Shown here piece by piece: positions 1 to 9,424 of a DNA stretch of 19,686 nucleotides. Source of the stretch: Calditrichaceae bacterium (GTDB lineage: Bacteria > Calditrichota > Calditrichia > Calditrichales > JBFXGD01); NCBI GenBank assembly GCA_050178385.1, contig JBFXGD010000060.1, forward strand, positions 1 through 19,686, in the 5' to 3' direction. Below the pieces are notes generated by a model. The model ran no database searches. It was not told the DNA's origin and worked only from the letters and a program-made list of their open reading frames with translations. The first letter of the stretch is position 1. Each line of letters starts with the position of its first letter. Both the position numbers and the translations under genes were made by a program.

Positions 1-93
1 TTTGCGGACGGACTGGCCGGTTTAAGAGTTGTGGAAATTCTGGAAGCTGCCCAGAAGTCAATAAAGAATTTGGGAAAGGAGATCACCATATGA
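1..93 (+). CDS. C-terminal fragment of a Gfo/Idh/MocA-family oxidoreductase (likely NDP-sugar dehydrogenase, WbpB/WlbA-like), truncated by the window edge
   Basis: Frame 1 reads FADGLAGLRVVEILEAAQKSIKNLGKEITI*. DGxxGLRVVxILEAAxxS is the typical C-terminal helix of this family. The stop overlaps the next ATG (ATGA, 90-93), and the acetyltransferase/DegT context fits. Confidence 0.75.
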   Translation, partial: FADGLAGLRVVEILEAAQKSIKNLGKEITI

Positions 94-575
94 AATACAG
101 TCTCATTGCTGATGATGTGCAACTGGGCGCAAACGTCAAAATTTTTAATTTTGTAAATCTTTACGGATGCAAAATCGGTGATAATTCAAAGATCGGGACA
201 TTTGTTGAAATTCAAAAAGGCGCGGTGGTGGGAAGAAACTGCAAAATCTCAAGTCATACTTTCATCTGTGAGGGAGTGTCTATAGAAGATGATGTCTTTA
301 TCGGTCACAATGTCACATTTATCAATGATGTGTACCCTAAAGCGACGGCGGGTAATGGAAAATTGCAGACTGAGGATGACTGGGTTTGTATAAAAACATA
401 TATAAAGCGAGGCGCGTCCATTGGTTCAAGCGCGACACTACTATGCGGAATTACTGTGGGTGAAAACGCTATTGTCGGAGCCGGATCAGTTGTTACAAAG
501 GATGTGCCGCCAAATACTATTGTCGCCGGAAATCCGGCAAGGGTTTTAAGAAAAACAGAAGAGGTAAATATTTGA
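90..575 (+). CDS. Hexapeptide-repeat (left-handed beta-helix) NDP-aminosugar N-acetyltransferase, WbpD/FdtC/WxcM-like
   Basis: Hexapeptide repeats (CKIGDNSKIG, VSIEDDVFIGHNVTFIND), C-terminal VGAGSVVTKDVPPNTIVAGNPAR motif, SD AAGGAG upstream. Confidence 0.92.
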   Translation: MKYSLIADDVQLGANVKIFNFVNLYGCKIGDNSKIGTFVEIQKGAVVGRNCKISSHTFICEGVSIEDDVFIGHNVTFINDVYPKATAGNGKLQTEDDWVCIKTYIKRGASIGSSATLLCGITVGENAIVGAGSVVTKDVPPNTIVAGNPARVLRKTEEVNI

Positions 576-1696
576 TGGAAGTACCGTATCTTGATCTCAA
601 AATACAATATGAATCCATTTCGGAAGATATATCCAATGCGATCCAGAGTGTTATTGATGATACCGCTTTTGCGGGCGGCGCGTATGTTCAAACTTTTGAA
701 GACGCTTTTGCCGAATACTGTAAAACAAGTTTTGCCATCGGCGTGAGCAGCGGGACATCGGCATTATGGCTGGCACTAAAAGCATTTGGTATCGGGCAGA
801 ATGATGAGGTTATCACGACTCCTAATACATTCATCGCGACGGCTGAAGCCATCAGTTTTTGCGGCGCGAAACCGGTGTTTGTAGATATCGATCCGCAGAC
901 ATACAATATTAATCCGGAACTGATCGAATCGGCCATAACCCCTAAAACAAAAGCGATTATTCCTGTTCATTTATACGGTCAGGCGGCGGATATGGATCCG
1001 ATCCTGGAAATCGCCGCGAGACATGGTCTGATCGTTATCGAAGACGCCAGTCAGGCGCATGGGGCATCCTATAAGGGACATCCGGTCGGGAGTCTTGGTG
1101 ATGCAGGATGTTTTAGCTTTTATCCCGGAAAAAATCTTGGCGCATACGGTGAAGCCGGCGCGGTTGTTACGAATAGTGAGGAGGCGGCATCCAGGATCAG
1201 AATGCTCAGGGATCACGGACAGTCGGCAAAGTATTATCATGAAGTCATTGGCTGGAATGCAAGAATGGATGGAATTCAGGGCGCCATACTACAGGCAAAG
1301 CTCAAACATCTCCGCGTATGGAACGATGCCCGCAGAAAGAACGCCGCGTACTACCACAGAATTCTTTCCAATATACCGGATATTATTCTCCCGCTTGAAT
1401 CATATTATGGTGAGCATGTTTATCATATTTACGCGATCAGAGTGAAAAACCGTAATCATTTCAGAGAATATCTTGAAGAAAAGGGCATTCATACAGGCAT
1501 CCACTATCCTGTGCCTCTTCACCTGCAAAATGCCTATCGATCGCTATCGCTTGGCAAAGGATCGTTTCCGGTAACCGAGCAGTGCGCCGGGGAGCTGATC
1601 TCTCTGCCTATGTACCCGGAACTGAATAGGAATCAATTAGAATACATCGCCGGTATGATACGTGATTATTCCGAAAAAACAGTGGAACTAATATGA
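575..1696 (+). CDS. DegT/DnrJ/EryC1/StrS-family PLP-dependent sugar aminotransferase
   Basis: Motifs SSGTSAL, IIPVHLYGQ, IEDASQAHGA, FSFYPGKNLGAYGEAG (PLP lysine), GIHYPVPLH, SLPMYP. ATG at 575 overlaps the upstream TGA; the ORF track starts at TTG 572. Confidence 0.96.
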   Translation: MEVPYLDLKIQYESISEDISNAIQSVIDDTAFAGGAYVQTFEDAFAEYCKTSFAIGVSSGTSALWLALKAFGIGQNDEVITTPNTFIATAEAISFCGAKPVFVDIDPQTYNINPELIESAITPKTKAIIPVHLYGQAADMDPILEIAARHGLIVIEDASQAHGASYKGHPVGSLGDAGCFSFYPGKNLGAYGEAGAVVTNSEEAASRIRMLRDHGQSAKYYHEVIGWNARMDGIQGAILQAKLKHLRVWNDARRKNAAYYHRILSNIPDIILPLESYYGEHVYHIYAIRVKNRNHFREYLEEKGIHTGIHYPVPLHLQNAYRSLSLGKGSFPVTEQCAGELISLPMYPELNRNQLEYIAGMIRDYSEKTVELI

Positions 1697-1724
1697 AATA
1701 TCCAATAAGCGGAAAAATTTATTT

Positions 1725-2768
1725 GTGACGAAAATGCCCTTTAATATCTTTGACCCACGATGTATGACCGAATATGATAAACTCGTGTTGAATAGCCGTG
1801 ATTACACGTTCTTTCATTCCTCCGCGTGGGCAAGCGTACTAAGTGAATCCTATGGATATAAACCGGTTTATATTGCCGTGACACATAAGGGGGCATTTGA
1901 TTTTCTGATGCCTCTTATGGAAATAAACAGTCATTTGACCGGAAATCGCGCCGTGGCGCTCCCGTTTTCCGATTTTTGCGGGCCATTAACAACAGGCTCC
2001 GGATCGCATGAATCGCTCCTTCCGTTTTTGAAAGAGCAGGGAAAAGTATCCAACTGGAATTATATTGAGATCAGGGGCGGTGAAAATATCTTCAATACTT
2101 TTGATTCTTCAATATCATATCTGAGTCATGAGATTGAACTTTCGGAGAACATGTCCGAAATACAGGCGGGTTTCAGATCGACAACAAGACGCAATATAAA
2201 AAAAGCGGAAAATAACGGAATAAAAGTTGAACTGGTTAATTCGGAAAATGCCGTAAGAATTTTTTACAGGTTAAATTGTCAGACACGAAAAAAACACGGT
2301 TTACCGCCTCAGCCGTTTAAGTTCTTTGAGTCAATTCATAGGCACATCATTTTAAAAGACAAGGGTATGATCGCCCTGGCCACGCATAAATCTAAATATA
2401 TTGCGGGGGCCTTGTTTCTTCACTTTGGCGAAAAGGCATTATACAAATACGGCGCGTCAGACCCGGAGCACGCTGATTTAAGAGCGAACTATCTGATTTT
2501 CAATGAAGCGATTAAATGGTATGCAGAGCATGGCTATAATTCTCTTAATTTCGGCAGGACATCCTCTGACAATGAGGGTTTGAGACAGTTTAAAACCGGC
2601 TGGGGCGCGAAAGAAATGCTTACTCGTTATTATAAGTACAATCTTCAAAAAAATACATTCATAAAAGAGAAGCAGAAAGAGAACGGGTTCTATAATACGA
2701 TTTTCAGAAATATACCTGTGCCTGTCTCTGTCTTCATCGGATCAAAACTGTATAAGCACGTAGGGTAA
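1725..2768 (+). CDS. FemAB-related tandem-GNAT protein (acyl/aminoacyl transferase of polysaccharide loci)
   Basis: FFHSSAW, SLPFSD-like ALPFSDFCGP, RRNIKKAE, ANYLIF..AIKW and NFGRT..NEGLRQFKTGWG match FemAB-like proteins of EPS clusters. GTG start; ATG 1734 is an alternative. Confidence 0.85.
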   Translation: MTKMPFNIFDPRCMTEYDKLVLNSRDYTFFHSSAWASVLSESYGYKPVYIAVTHKGAFDFLMPLMEINSHLTGNRAVALPFSDFCGPLTTGSGSHESLLPFLKEQGKVSNWNYIEIRGGENIFNTFDSSISYLSHEIELSENMSEIQAGFRSTTRRNIKKAENNGIKVELVNSENAVRIFYRLNCQTRKKHGLPPQPFKFFESIHRHIILKDKGMIALATHKSKYIAGALFLHFGEKALYKYGASDPEHADLRANYLIFNEAIKWYAEHGYNSLNFGRTSSDNEGLRQFKTGWGAKEMLTRYYKYNLQKNTFIKEKQKENGFYNTIFRNIPVPVSVFIGSKLYKHVG

Positions 2769-2784
2769 TAATTCAGGGAATTGT

Positions 2785-3789
2785 ATGGCCGCGATGAAAT
2801 TGTTCTATTATCTAAAGCCACTTATACCAAGAAGGCTTCAGCTCATGCTGCGCCGGGTCAGAATTCGAAGGCAATTACCAAAATACGCGTCTGTCTGGCC
2901 GGTGCTTGAGAAAGCCGGGAAAGCGCCTGACGGCTGGCGAGGTTGGCCGGAGGATAAGGAGTTTGCGGTTGTTCTTACACATGATGTAGAGTCGGCCTCC
3001 GGACACGACAAATGTGAAAAATTGATGGAAATGGAAAAAAATGCCGGTTTCAGATCATCATTTAACTTTGTCCCGGAACGATATAAGGTTTCGCCGGAAT
3101 TAAGAGACCTGCTTACAAAAAACGGATTTGAAGTGGGCGTCCATGGGTTAAAACATGATGGGAAATTATATCAGTCCAAAGAAGAGTTTTTAAGCCGCGC
3201 GGTCAGAATAAATCGATATCTCAGAGACTGGAAGGCGGCCGGTTTTCGTTCTCCCGCAATGCATCACAACCTTGAATGGCTTCATCACCTGAATATCAAA
3301 TATGATCTATCTACTTTTGATACGGATCCGTTTGAACCCCAGTCGGATGGCGTCGAAACAATTTTTCCATTCCGCGTTTTCAATCCAGGATCAGATTCAT
3401 CTTATCTGGAGTTTCCCTATACCCTGGCGCAGGATTTCACAGTGTTTATTCTGATGCAGGAAAAATCGATTGATATCTGGAGGAAAAAAACGGACTGGAT
3501 CGCTGAAAAAAAGGGCATGGTGCTTGTAAATGTGCATCCGGATTATATGAATTTTGAATCAAATGATCCTGGGTTGGAAGACTTCCCGGCTGGACTTTAC
3601 CTTGAATTACTGGAATATATAAAGACAAAATATAAAGACCGGTACTTGAATGTATTACCTGGTGAACTGGCTGCTTATATGGATAAACAGGAAACGGCCA
3701 CAAGGAAAAGTAAAATCAATGCCGTTGGTAAAAAGGGAGTAATTAATGCTCACTCAACGGAGGATCATTGGAATGAAAAGCTTCATTAA
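2785..3789 (+). CDS. Polysaccharide deacetylase-like protein (CE4/NodB-fold)
   Basis: VVLTHDVE, EVGVHGLKHD, GFRSP, YDLS and VNVHPDY metal/catalytic-type motifs; SD AGGGA at 2775-2779. Confidence 0.85.
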   Translation: MAAMKLFYYLKPLIPRRLQLMLRRVRIRRQLPKYASVWPVLEKAGKAPDGWRGWPEDKEFAVVLTHDVESASGHDKCEKLMEMEKNAGFRSSFNFVPERYKVSPELRDLLTKNGFEVGVHGLKHDGKLYQSKEEFLSRAVRINRYLRDWKAAGFRSPAMHHNLEWLHHLNIKYDLSTFDTDPFEPQSDGVETIFPFRVFNPGSDSSYLEFPYTLAQDFTVFILMQEKSIDIWRKKTDWIAEKKGMVLVNVHPDYMNFESNDPGLEDFPAGLYLELLEYIKTKYKDRYLNVLPGELAAYMDKQETATRKSKINAVGKKGVINAHSTEDHWNEKLH

Positions 3790-4501
3790 TAAAATCAACG
3801 TGGTTATTAAAATGATCGCCGGCGGACAATTTGGTATTCTTTTACATGAAGTACGCCGTAGGTTTTACTCAAATGACGAATCTTATTGCCTGCGAAGAGA
3901 TCTGAAGGTACCGTTTAAAGGACCAAAAGCAAAAATTGATATTACCGTAAGGCCATATCGGGAAAGCGATTTTCAAACATTTTTTGAATTGCATACGCCT
4001 GACCTTACACCTGAAGGAATCAAAGAGCGGGGAGGAAGAATTCTTTTGTTGAATTCAAAAGCTCAATCCTGTTATGTGGCGGTCACTAATGAAGGGAACC
4101 CCGCTTATATGCAATGGCTTGTGGGGCCTGAAGAAAACAGCAAGCTGCAGAATCTGTACAAAGGTGGATTTCCCCTGCTGGGGAAGGAAGAAATGCTACT
4201 GGAAGGAGCATTTACTCATGAATCGTACCGGGGACAAAGAATTATGCCGGATGCCATGTCACAAATAGCGGAGAAGGGCGTGGATCATGGAGGAAGGTAT
4301 ATTTTGACATTTGTCAGAACAGATAACATTCCGTCTCTAAAAGGCTGTCAGAGATCGGGGTTCTTCCCGTATCAAATTCGAAAGGACCGGTGGCGCTTTT
4401 TCACACGAAGCCTGGAATTTTTAACTCTGCCTGAAGGAACGCCTTATCCTTATGAACAGGAAACCGCCGACGGTGACAAGGCAATCCTAAAACAGGCATA
4501 A
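3773..4501 (+). CDS. GNAT-family N-acyltransferase
   Basis: Acyl-CoA-binding motif EGAFTHESYRGQRIM and C-terminal NIPSLKGCQRSGF. ATG 3773 has GGAGG upstream; the alternative ATG 3746 has GGGAG. Confidence 0.75.
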   Translation: MKSFINKINVVIKMIAGGQFGILLHEVRRRFYSNDESYCLRRDLKVPFKGPKAKIDITVRPYRESDFQTFFELHTPDLTPEGIKERGGRILLLNSKAQSCYVAVTNEGNPAYMQWLVGPEENSKLQNLYKGGFPLLGKEEMLLEGAFTHESYRGQRIMPDAMSQIAEKGVDHGGRYILTFVRTDNIPSLKGCQRSGFFPYQIRKDRWRFFTRSLEFLTLPEGTPYPYEQETADGDKAILKQA

Positions 4502-4546
4502 TCCGGTAAAATTTACAGTCGTTTATTTCAACAATCAGGAAATGAT

Positions 4547-5716
4547 ATGAATATTGCCATGCTGGCTTACACTTTTTATGAGTCCGATAACCGGGTACGC
4601 CGTTATTCTGAAGCTTTGGCTGAGCGAGGCGATCATGTGGATGTCTATGCTTTGGCAAGAAATGGTAACCCGTCAAGAGAAGTTATTAAAAAAGTCAATT
4701 TGTTCCGGATTCAGAAACGAACGGCGAATGAAAAACACAAAGCAGAATATCTGCTTAAAATATTGTTTTTTTTCTTCAATTCCATGTTCCGGCTGACTGT
4801 GAACCATTTCAGGAAAAAATATGATGTAATTCATGTGCATTCCGTGCCGGATTTTGAAGTTTTTGCCACGCTTTTCGCAAAACTGACCGGCGCGAAAATC
4901 ATATTGGATATTCACGATATTGTACCCGAATTCTATGCCAGCAAGTTTAATGTCAGTAAGAAATCGCCTTTATTTAAGCTACTGGTGTTAGTTGAAAAGA
5001 CAGCATCCGCATTCTCAGATCATGTGATTATTTCCAATCATCTATGGTACGAAACCCTAAAATCCAGGTCGGTAAAAAACGGAAAATGCACGGCGATTAT
5101 TAATTATCCCGATCCCAATAGTTTTTATCGAATTAAAAAAAAAGGAAGTTCGGATAAATTTATCCTGATTTATCCCGGTTCTCTCAACTGGCATCAGGGA
5201 CTCGATATCGCCATCCGCGCGTTTGCCAGGATCCACGATCAGATCGACGGCGCGGAGTTTCATATATACGGGATTGGCGAGACGAAACCAATTTTAGAGA
5301 AAATGGCTGATGAGATGGGGCTGAGCGATAAGGTGCTGTTTATGGATATTCTGCCTACGGAGGGTATCGCGGCGAAAATGGCGGAGGCTTCTCTCGGAAT
5401 TGTGCCCAAAAGGGCCGAATCATTTGGAAATGAGGCGTTTAGTACAAAAATTTTGGAATTTATGAGCATGGGAGTACCGGTCATCGTTTCGAAGACTAAA
5501 ATAGATCAGTATTATTTTGACGATGACCTTGTCCTGTTTTTTGAACCGGAGAATGATGAACAGCTGGCCGAAAAAATTACGCGATTATACAAGGAAAACG
5601 AACTGCGGGATTCTCTGGTAAAAAATGGACTTAAGTATATCAGCGAAAATAACTGGGGTGTGAAAAAAGATATATATTTAAGAATTGTTGATGAATTAAT
5701 CGCGAAGAAAAAATAA
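4547..5716 (+). CDS. Glycosyltransferase family 4 (GT-B, retaining)
   Basis: DNRVRR, YDVIHVHS, ILDIHD, YPGSLNWHQGLD and STKILEFMSMGVPVI (GT4 donor-binding region); SD AGGA. Confidence 0.93.
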   Translation: MNIAMLAYTFYESDNRVRRYSEALAERGDHVDVYALARNGNPSREVIKKVNLFRIQKRTANEKHKAEYLLKILFFFFNSMFRLTVNHFRKKYDVIHVHSVPDFEVFATLFAKLTGAKIILDIHDIVPEFYASKFNVSKKSPLFKLLVLVEKTASAFSDHVIISNHLWYETLKSRSVKNGKCTAIINYPDPNSFYRIKKKGSSDKFILIYPGSLNWHQGLDIAIRAFARIHDQIDGAEFHIYGIGETKPILEKMADEMGLSDKVLFMDILPTEGIAAKMAEASLGIVPKRAESFGNEAFSTKILEFMSMGVPVIVSKTKIDQYYFDDDLVLFFEPENDEQLAEKITRLYKENELRDSLVKNGLKYISENNWGVKKDIYLRIVDELIAKKK

Positions 5717-5774
5717 TCGAACGCGGATATATGAATCCTGTACCGGCATCATCAAAAATCAGAATGAATTATAG

Positions 5775-7220
5775 ATGAATCTCAGACTTTTTGGAAAGAA
5801 CGCGGTTATTTACGCGGTTGGCTCGATGGCATTACGGGGTGTTTCTTTTCTGCTGATTCCATTGTACACGCACGCACTCTCATTGAGCGAATACGGCATG
5901 CTGGCGACAATACTGCTGACTATTCAAATTCTGATAACCCTGATCGATATCGGTATAAGAAGCGGGATTATTCGATTTCAGACACAATATGAAAAAGAAA
6001 ATCTTCCCGGTACTTTTTTGGGAAGCGCGGTCTTATTAAATCTAATCGGTGGTGGAGTAGTTACTTTCATCACCGTTCTGTTTTTTAAACCTGTTTTTCG
6101 AATCGTACTGCATCTGGAATCGGTGACGGAAATCATTGTCCTGACATGTCTGGCCGCTGTCGCGCAGTCACTTTGTGTCAACATTATGACTCATTACCGG
6201 GCCCGCAATGAAGGCATGAAGTATATGATTGCCAACGGTGCTGTGGCGGTTTTATTAATGATCGCAAACATAATATTTCTTCTAATACTTAAAGAAGGAA
6301 TCAGAGGGATTTTGTGGGCATTAATTACTACTTACGGCGCAGCCTGGCTGATCATATCTCTAACGATTTTTATGAAAATCGGATTCAGAGTATCAATTAA
6401 TGTAATGAGGCAGCTGTTTGTGTTCGGATTTCCGCTTATTTTTGCCATGTCAGGAGATCTGATCACCGGTACAACCGCGGTATATTTTCTGAGTTATTTC
6501 AGTAATCTTGAGGTTGTGGCCATCTATTCGCTTGGATTAAAAATCGCTCAGATCGCGGGAGTTATACTGATTATTCCATTCCAAATGGCCTATGAACCGT
6601 TTGTATTCGCAAATATCGGGCAAAGCGGTATCAGGGAAACGATTTCTAAGCTGGTAACCTATTTGATGCTTGCTTTTACTTTTGTCGGATTCGGGATTGT
6701 GTTTGTCTTTAAGGATCTTATCTTTCTGATGGCTCCAGCGGAATATGCTCCCGCGTATAATATCGTATTTCTGCTGCTTCCAGGGATAGCCCTTATGGGC
6801 ATTCAGTATGTCGGACAATCGCTTCTTCATATCAAAAATAAAACACATGTCACCGGTATTGTGATCACGGGTGTCACTCTTATAAGTGTTATTCTGAATT
6901 ATTTCTTTATTCAGGCCTGGGGTATGTACGGTGTGGTTATTGTTTTTATGTTCGCGAATCTGGCTAGTGCGTTAATCCTCCTGATGCTTGGAATGAAACA
7001 GTTTCCCATTCATCTCGAAAAAAGACGTTTGGCGCAGGTAATGTCAATTTTTACCTTTCTAATGTTTGCGGTTTTTTATTTCCAGAATACATCACAGATT
7101 GTCTATTACAGTTTTTTTCCTTTTCTGGCCGGAATCATCCTCTTTATTCTTTTCGTAAAGTTTTTTGAAAATGGTGAAAAAGATATGATCAAATCACTCA
7201 TACACAACAAAATGGGTTGA
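5775..7220 (+). CDS. wzx: Wzx-type oligosaccharide flippase (MOP superfamily)
   Basis: 481 aa with many TM segments; N-terminal KNAVIY...FLLIPLYTHALSLSEYG, FGFPL and VAIYSLG motifs typical of Wzx. Confidence 0.9.
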   Translation: MNLRLFGKNAVIYAVGSMALRGVSFLLIPLYTHALSLSEYGMLATILLTIQILITLIDIGIRSGIIRFQTQYEKENLPGTFLGSAVLLNLIGGGVVTFITVLFFKPVFRIVLHLESVTEIIVLTCLAAVAQSLCVNIMTHYRARNEGMKYMIANGAVAVLLMIANIIFLLILKEGIRGILWALITTYGAAWLIISLTIFMKIGFRVSINVMRQLFVFGFPLIFAMSGDLITGTTAVYFLSYFSNLEVVAIYSLGLKIAQIAGVILIIPFQMAYEPFVFANIGQSGIRETISKLVTYLMLAFTFVGFGIVFVFKDLIFLMAPAEYAPAYNIVFLLLPGIALMGIQYVGQSLLHIKNKTHVTGIVITGVTLISVILNYFFIQAWGMYGVVIVFMFANLASALILLMLGMKQFPIHLEKRRLAQVMSIFTFLMFAVFYFQNTSQIVYYSFFPFLAGIILFILFVKFFENGEKDMIKSLIHNKMG

Positions 7221-7227
7221 ATGCGTC

Positions 7228-8568
7228 ATGCCTGATATCGCCATAATCATGCTGATCATTTTGTTTTTTCTGCTCGCCGCCGGAATGGCGGTTCTCAGTA
7301 TGAGATATTTTGTTGTCGCCGTATTTCTGATAGTTATATCCAGCTGGTTTTCGGCGTTGCTTGCTCCGCCCGAAGCCGAATTCGCGGAAAGCGGAACGGC
7401 CGGTATAGGCTCGTTGATGCGGGTCGGGATATTGTTTTTGGCAGGAGCGGCAGGTGTTTTCAGATATGCAAAAACATGGCCCCGTCACAAGGGACGAATC
7501 CCGGCTCATCTTATCTTTCTGGCTTTATTTATCCTGTTTGCGCTGATCTCGGCAAGATATTCCATAGATCCGCAAATCACTTTGATCCGATCCGCGTCGT
7601 TTTTGGCATTATTCGGATTTCTTATTGGTCTCAATAGCTGGATTACGGGAAAGGAAGAATTCCAATCAACCTTTCTCGCCATATATTGGGTGATTGTTTT
7701 GCTGATCATAGTCAATTTTCTTTCACTGATACTTCTGCCGGGCAGGGCATGGTGGCGGACGGATGAAGTCAGATTTCAGGGATTGTTCGATCATCCGAAT
7801 ACGATGGGTACATTCTGTATGATCGCCTATCCCTTTCTATTGTGGAAATTCACAAAATCGGGCTTTTCCGGTAAATCAGTCATATTAACTTTGATTATTC
7901 TGCTGGGGATAATGAATGTACTGACGGGATCAAGATCTTCGCTCCTTGCGGGTATCTTTGGCATTAGTTTGTGGTTTACCTTTCAGAAAAAATTTGTAAA
8001 ACTGTCCGTTATGATGGGGGTATCGGTTTTACTGCTGTTCGCCGCGGTACAACTCAGGCCTTCGGCGTTCGAGCGCCAGGAAGGACAGGGATTGGGCAGC
8101 CTTACCGGAAGGCAGGACTTTTGGGAAGGGGCCTATACTTTACTTAAAGAACGACCTCTTACCGGGTACGGTTACGCGGTGGAAGGAAAGATATGGCTGG
8201 ATCCGAGATATTATGATCCGAATTATACTTTATGGTCCGGAAGCGCGAGAACATCACTTCATAACGGATATGTTTCGGTAGCCGTCGGTTTGGGAATTTT
8301 TGGTATTTTGTCATGGGTCATAATTATACTGACCCCTGTTTTGCGGGGACTGAAACAGCCGGCCGGAGAGTATAAATCGGTCATTTATGCCTTGATCCCG
8401 ACAATACTGATTCTCAATATTGTCGAGACCGCTATTACCGGGGGAAATTCCATGGAAGCGATTGTCTTCTGGATTATGTGGGTGATGGCTGGGAAACTGT
8501 ATGTTCAAAATAATATTTCTTTGATGGAAGCCGTGCGCTTCTATCCAACGGAGACCGTTAATGAATAA
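7228..8568 (+). CDS. O-antigen ligase/polymerase (Wzy_C) family membrane protein; probable repeat-unit polymerase
   Basis: Multi-TM. RFQGLFDHPNTMG, LTGSRSS, LTGR..FW, RPLTGYGY and LHNGY are Wzy_C/WaaL motifs. It lies directly after the flippase. Confidence 0.88.
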   Translation: MPDIAIIMLIILFFLLAAGMAVLSMRYFVVAVFLIVISSWFSALLAPPEAEFAESGTAGIGSLMRVGILFLAGAAGVFRYAKTWPRHKGRIPAHLIFLALFILFALISARYSIDPQITLIRSASFLALFGFLIGLNSWITGKEEFQSTFLAIYWVIVLLIIVNFLSLILLPGRAWWRTDEVRFQGLFDHPNTMGTFCMIAYPFLLWKFTKSGFSGKSVILTLIILLGIMNVLTGSRSSLLAGIFGISLWFTFQKKFVKLSVMMGVSVLLLFAAVQLRPSAFERQEGQGLGSLTGRQDFWEGAYTLLKERPLTGYGYAVEGKIWLDPRYYDPNYTLWSGSARTSLHNGYVSVAVGLGIFGILSWVIIILTPVLRGLKQPAGEYKSVIYALIPTILILNIVETAITGGNSMEAIVFWIMWVMAGKLYVQNNISLMEAVRFYPTETVNE

Positions 8569-9424
8569 AGTTACCTATGCGCTGATCACTGCCGCCAGGA
8601 ATGAAGAAGCAACCATTGGGCAGACGATTCAGTCTGTTCTGGCTCAGACAATCAGGCCCGAAAAATGGATCATCGTCAGCGACGGATCAAATGATAGTAC
8701 GGACAAAATCGTCCGCGACTATTCGTCAAAAAATGATTTTATTGAATTGATCAGCCTTAAAAATAATGTGAATCGTAATTTTGCTTCAAAAGTTGTTGCC
8801 CTGAACTCCGGTTTGGAGAAGATGAAGGAAATGACTTTCCAATACATAGGTATCTTGGACGCGGATATTACGTTTGATACCGGTTACTACGAAGGAATTT
8901 TCAAAAAATTTCTTGCAAATCCGCGATTAGGAGTCGCTGGAGGCGCCTTTTTTGATGTATATGACGGAAATCTGCACAAAGTCCAGCCAGGTCCCTACAG
9001 TGTGCGGGGCGCGGTACAAATGTTCAGGTATGAATGCTGGAAAGATGTGGGAGGTCTAAGACCGCTTGTTTACGGGGGGGAAGATACAGTAGCGGAAGTC
9101 TCGGCAAGGATGAACGGCTGGGATGTAAAAACATACACTGACCTTATCGTATATCACCATCGCAGGACGGGAACGGAAGGAAGACATATTCTAAAAGCGC
9201 GTTTCAGGCAGGGGATTGGCGAGCATGCGGTGGGATATCATCCATTGTTTCAGTTTGTAAAATGTGTAAAGCGCATTCCTGAAAAACCCTGGTTCATTGG
9301 CAGCGCGTCGCGATTAAGCGGATACTGGTTTGCCGTGATCCGCAATTTTAAACCGGATGTCCCGGATGATTTTATCAGGTATTTGCGAAAAGAGCAGATC
9401 GCCAGAATCAGGTTACTGGTATAA
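8561..9424 (+). CDS. Glycosyltransferase family 2
   Basis: ITAARNEE, WIIVSDGSNDST, ILDADI (DXD), GGED; 8-nt overlap with the upstream gene. Confidence 0.93.
   Translation: MNKVTYALITAARNEEATIGQTIQSVLAQTIRPEKWIIVSDGSNDSTDKIVRDYSSKNDFIELISLKNNVNRNFASKVVALNSGLEKMKEMTFQYIGILDADITFDTGYYEGIFKKFLANPRLGVAGGAFFDVYDGNLHKVQPGPYSVRGAVQMFRYECWKDVGGLRPLVYGGEDTVAEVSARMNGWDVKTYTDLIVYHHRRTGTEGRHILKARFRQGIGEHAVGYHPLFQFVKCVKRIPEKPWFIGSASRLSGYWFAVIRNFKPDVPDDFIRYLRKEQIARIRLLV

Noticed and set aside
4506..4516. Palindrome GTAAAATTTAC upstream of GT4, resembling half of the TGT-N11-ACA box
   Set aside because: Wrong spacing, AT-rich, and no sigma54 motif nearby; compatible with chance.
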